Virus record (IMG/VR): IMGVR_UViG_3300018839_000001
DNA: 14,631 bases
Source: a virus
Taxonomy: Duplodnaviria; Heunggongvirae; Uroviricota; Caudoviricetes
Direction: 5' to 3' (one strand)
Shown: piece by piece, positions 13,630 through 14,631 of the stretch
Numbering within the stretch: position 1 is the first letter of the stretch
How the letters are laid out: the number at the start of each line of letters is the position of its first letter
The notes under the pieces: generated by a model
What the model saw: only the letters and a program-made list of their open reading frames with translations
What the model was told of the DNA's origin: nothing
The model's database searches: none
Made by a program: the position numbers and the translations under genes

Positions 13630-13968
13630 TTAATATTCTTCTATATTATACTCTGATTTTAATATGATTTCCCTTTGAATTTCTGTCAACTCTTGCCCTT
13701 TATTTATAAGTGCAATTTTTGTTTCTGGAGTTAACCTTACTAACCCCAACTCAAAATGAACTCTTTCCCAAAAATCTTTTGCATATCTATCGCCTAAAAC
13801 AATTTCGATCATTGTGTGGTCTTCCGTCCTGCCACAACCTTGTTCAAACATACCATCAATCATTCTGCCATCAGTCAAGAGGTATAAAGCCTGATGGATA
13901 TTTTCTGTTAATCTGCCACCACTTTCTATAACTTCATTAACGATCATATCATTTATTTGTTTATTCAT
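13630..13968 (-). CDS. Hypothetical protein (112 aa)
   Basis: SD AAGGGGG; overlaps the upstream stop; motif YLLTDGRMIDG...EDH. Confidence 0.8.
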   Translation of the reverse strand: MNKQINDMIVNEVIESGGRLTENIHQALYLLTDGRMIDGMFEQGCGRTEDHTMIEIVLGDRYAKDFWERVHFELGLVRLTPETKIALINKGQELTEIQREIILKSEYNIEEY

Positions 13969-14173
13969 GTTGCCCCCTTATTTTATTTAATAGTTGATAC
14001 ACTTTTTCCATACTATCCATCATGTCAGGATACACTGTATGAAATACTTCTAGGTCATACTCTTCTAAAAGCACATTTTCTAATGCTTCGTACTTCTCTT
14101 CAATTTCTAATTCATATTCCCTAGCTACCATTAGCATAGCCTTAAACGCATGAATTAAATCCATTTCATTCAC
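13961..14173 (-). CDS. Hypothetical protein (70 aa, acidic)
   Basis: SD AAGGAGAG, GTG start; first gene after P6. Confidence 0.75.
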   Translation of the reverse strand: MNEMDLIHAFKAMLMVAREYELEIEEKYEALENVLLEEYDLEVFHTVYPDMMDSMEKVYQLLNKIRGQHE

Positions 14174-14236
14174 TATCCATCTCTCCTTTTCGTACCTGTT
14201 TTTATTATTGGATCGATCGTTTGGTCTTATATATTA

Positions 14237-14265
14237 AATATAACATACGTTAAATCTGTTGTCAA
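14237..14265 (-). promoter_or_regulatory. sigmaA-type promoter P6 with palindromic operator over the -35
   Basis: TTGACA-N17-TATATT with TG; perfect palindrome AATCTGTTG-T-CAACAGATT at 14253-14271. Confidence 0.85.
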
Positions 14266-14281
14266 CAGATTATAAAAAATA

Positions 14282-14327
14282 ATTATGCTACCGTATTATG
14301 ATGGGAATTATAATACGGTAGCATAAT
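14282..14327 (-). terminator. Long-stem terminator / perfect 18-bp inverted repeat
   Basis: ATTATGCTACCGTATTAT-10nt-ATAATACGGTAGCATAAT, followed on the minus strand by TATTTTTT. Confidence 0.75.
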
Positions 14328-14449
14328 ATCATCTTCTCAAAGTATAAAAATTGATAATTACTTATAATAGTTTTTAATTTCTTCTACTTCAATTTCGTTT
14401 CTTTATCGATTTTCATAACCATCATTTCCCTTCACATGAGATCAGTGCT

Positions 14450-14631
14450 TTATATTGTGTGATGAAAATAAATCGATTCATCTTTATATACAAATCCAAT
14501 ATCACCATCGTCTTCATGAAACATATCACAAGTCAATTTATTCCCATCTTTTTCATTTACCTCAACTGTCATGTTTTCAAAATTTTGCTTACCAATTTGA
14601 ACCGACACAACACCATGTCGTGTACGATATT
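14450..14631 (-). CDS. Hypothetical protein, 3' part (start outside window)
   Basis: Open frame ...YRTRHGVVSVQIGKQNFENMTVEVNEKDGNKLTCDMFHEDDGDIGFVYKDESIYFHHTI*, TAA at 14450-14452. Confidence 0.7.
   Translation of the reverse strand, partial: YRTRHGVVSVQIGKQNFENMTVEVNEKDGNKLTCDMFHEDDGDIGFVYKDESIYFHHTI

Larger units (their letters stand above)
1..14631 (-). mobile_element. Accessory/early region of a large Bacillus-type (pro)phage or phage-like element
   Basis: About 35 mostly small co-oriented hypothetical ORFs, a gp17-like gene, a free-standing LAGLIDADG gene, an XRE regulator and repeated sigmaA promoters. No housekeeping operons. No hallmark structural or integrase gene in the window, so the element type is inferred. 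Confidence 0.75.

Noticed and set aside
2773-13931. All plus-strand ORFs in the track (e.g. 2773-2970, 6160-6342, 6761-7030, 8575-8978, 9703-10007, 11018-11275, 13710-13931)
   Set aside because: They lie antisense to well-supported minus-strand genes, lack SD sites and have shadow-frame composition (e.g. the Phe/Leu-rich mirror of the K/E tail).
14330-14425. Short ORF MMVMKIDKETKLK* after an AAGGGA SD
   Set aside because: Only 13 codons, and possible continuations in two frames are short and uninformative. Not enough support to call a gene or pseudogene.
1-14631. CRISPR array, tRNA genes, arbitrium aimR/aimP, IS transposase
   Set aside because: No regularly spaced direct repeats, no cloverleaf with T-loop and anticodon arms, no TPR receptor with adjacent short pre-peptide, and no DDE/HUH motifs seen.

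Overview
AT-rich Bacillota (Bacillus-like) sequence with about 35 densely packed genes, all on the minus strand. They have strong Shine-Dalgarno sites, sigmaA-type promoters and intrinsic terminators. This is the pattern of the early/accessory region of a large temperate phage or prophage (SPbeta-like lifestyle) or a phage-like plasmid. No structural, integrase, tRNA or CRISPR features are present, so the element type is inferred. Recognisable products are a Thg1-like 3'-5' nucleotidyltransferase, a free-standing two-motif LAGLIDADG protein whose second motif lacks the catalytic acid, a P22 gp17-like protein, an FbpA-like small protein, a DUF3775-like protein, an XRE regulator, a stand-alone DUF262 protein with a charged tail, an M20/M28-clan peptidase, and several secreted or membrane proteins, two of which are paralogous. 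The best signals outside the ORF track are: (1) a candidate plus-strand ~68-nt sRNA at 5557-5625 with its own promoter and terminator, an FsrA-like 5' hairpin, and an FbpA-like gene about 670 bp away; (2) a family of six promoters sharing operator-like motifs; (3) a 77-bp inverted repeat carrying divergent promoters; (4) several apparent frameshift or start-codon lesions. Family assignments come from motif recognition, not database searches.
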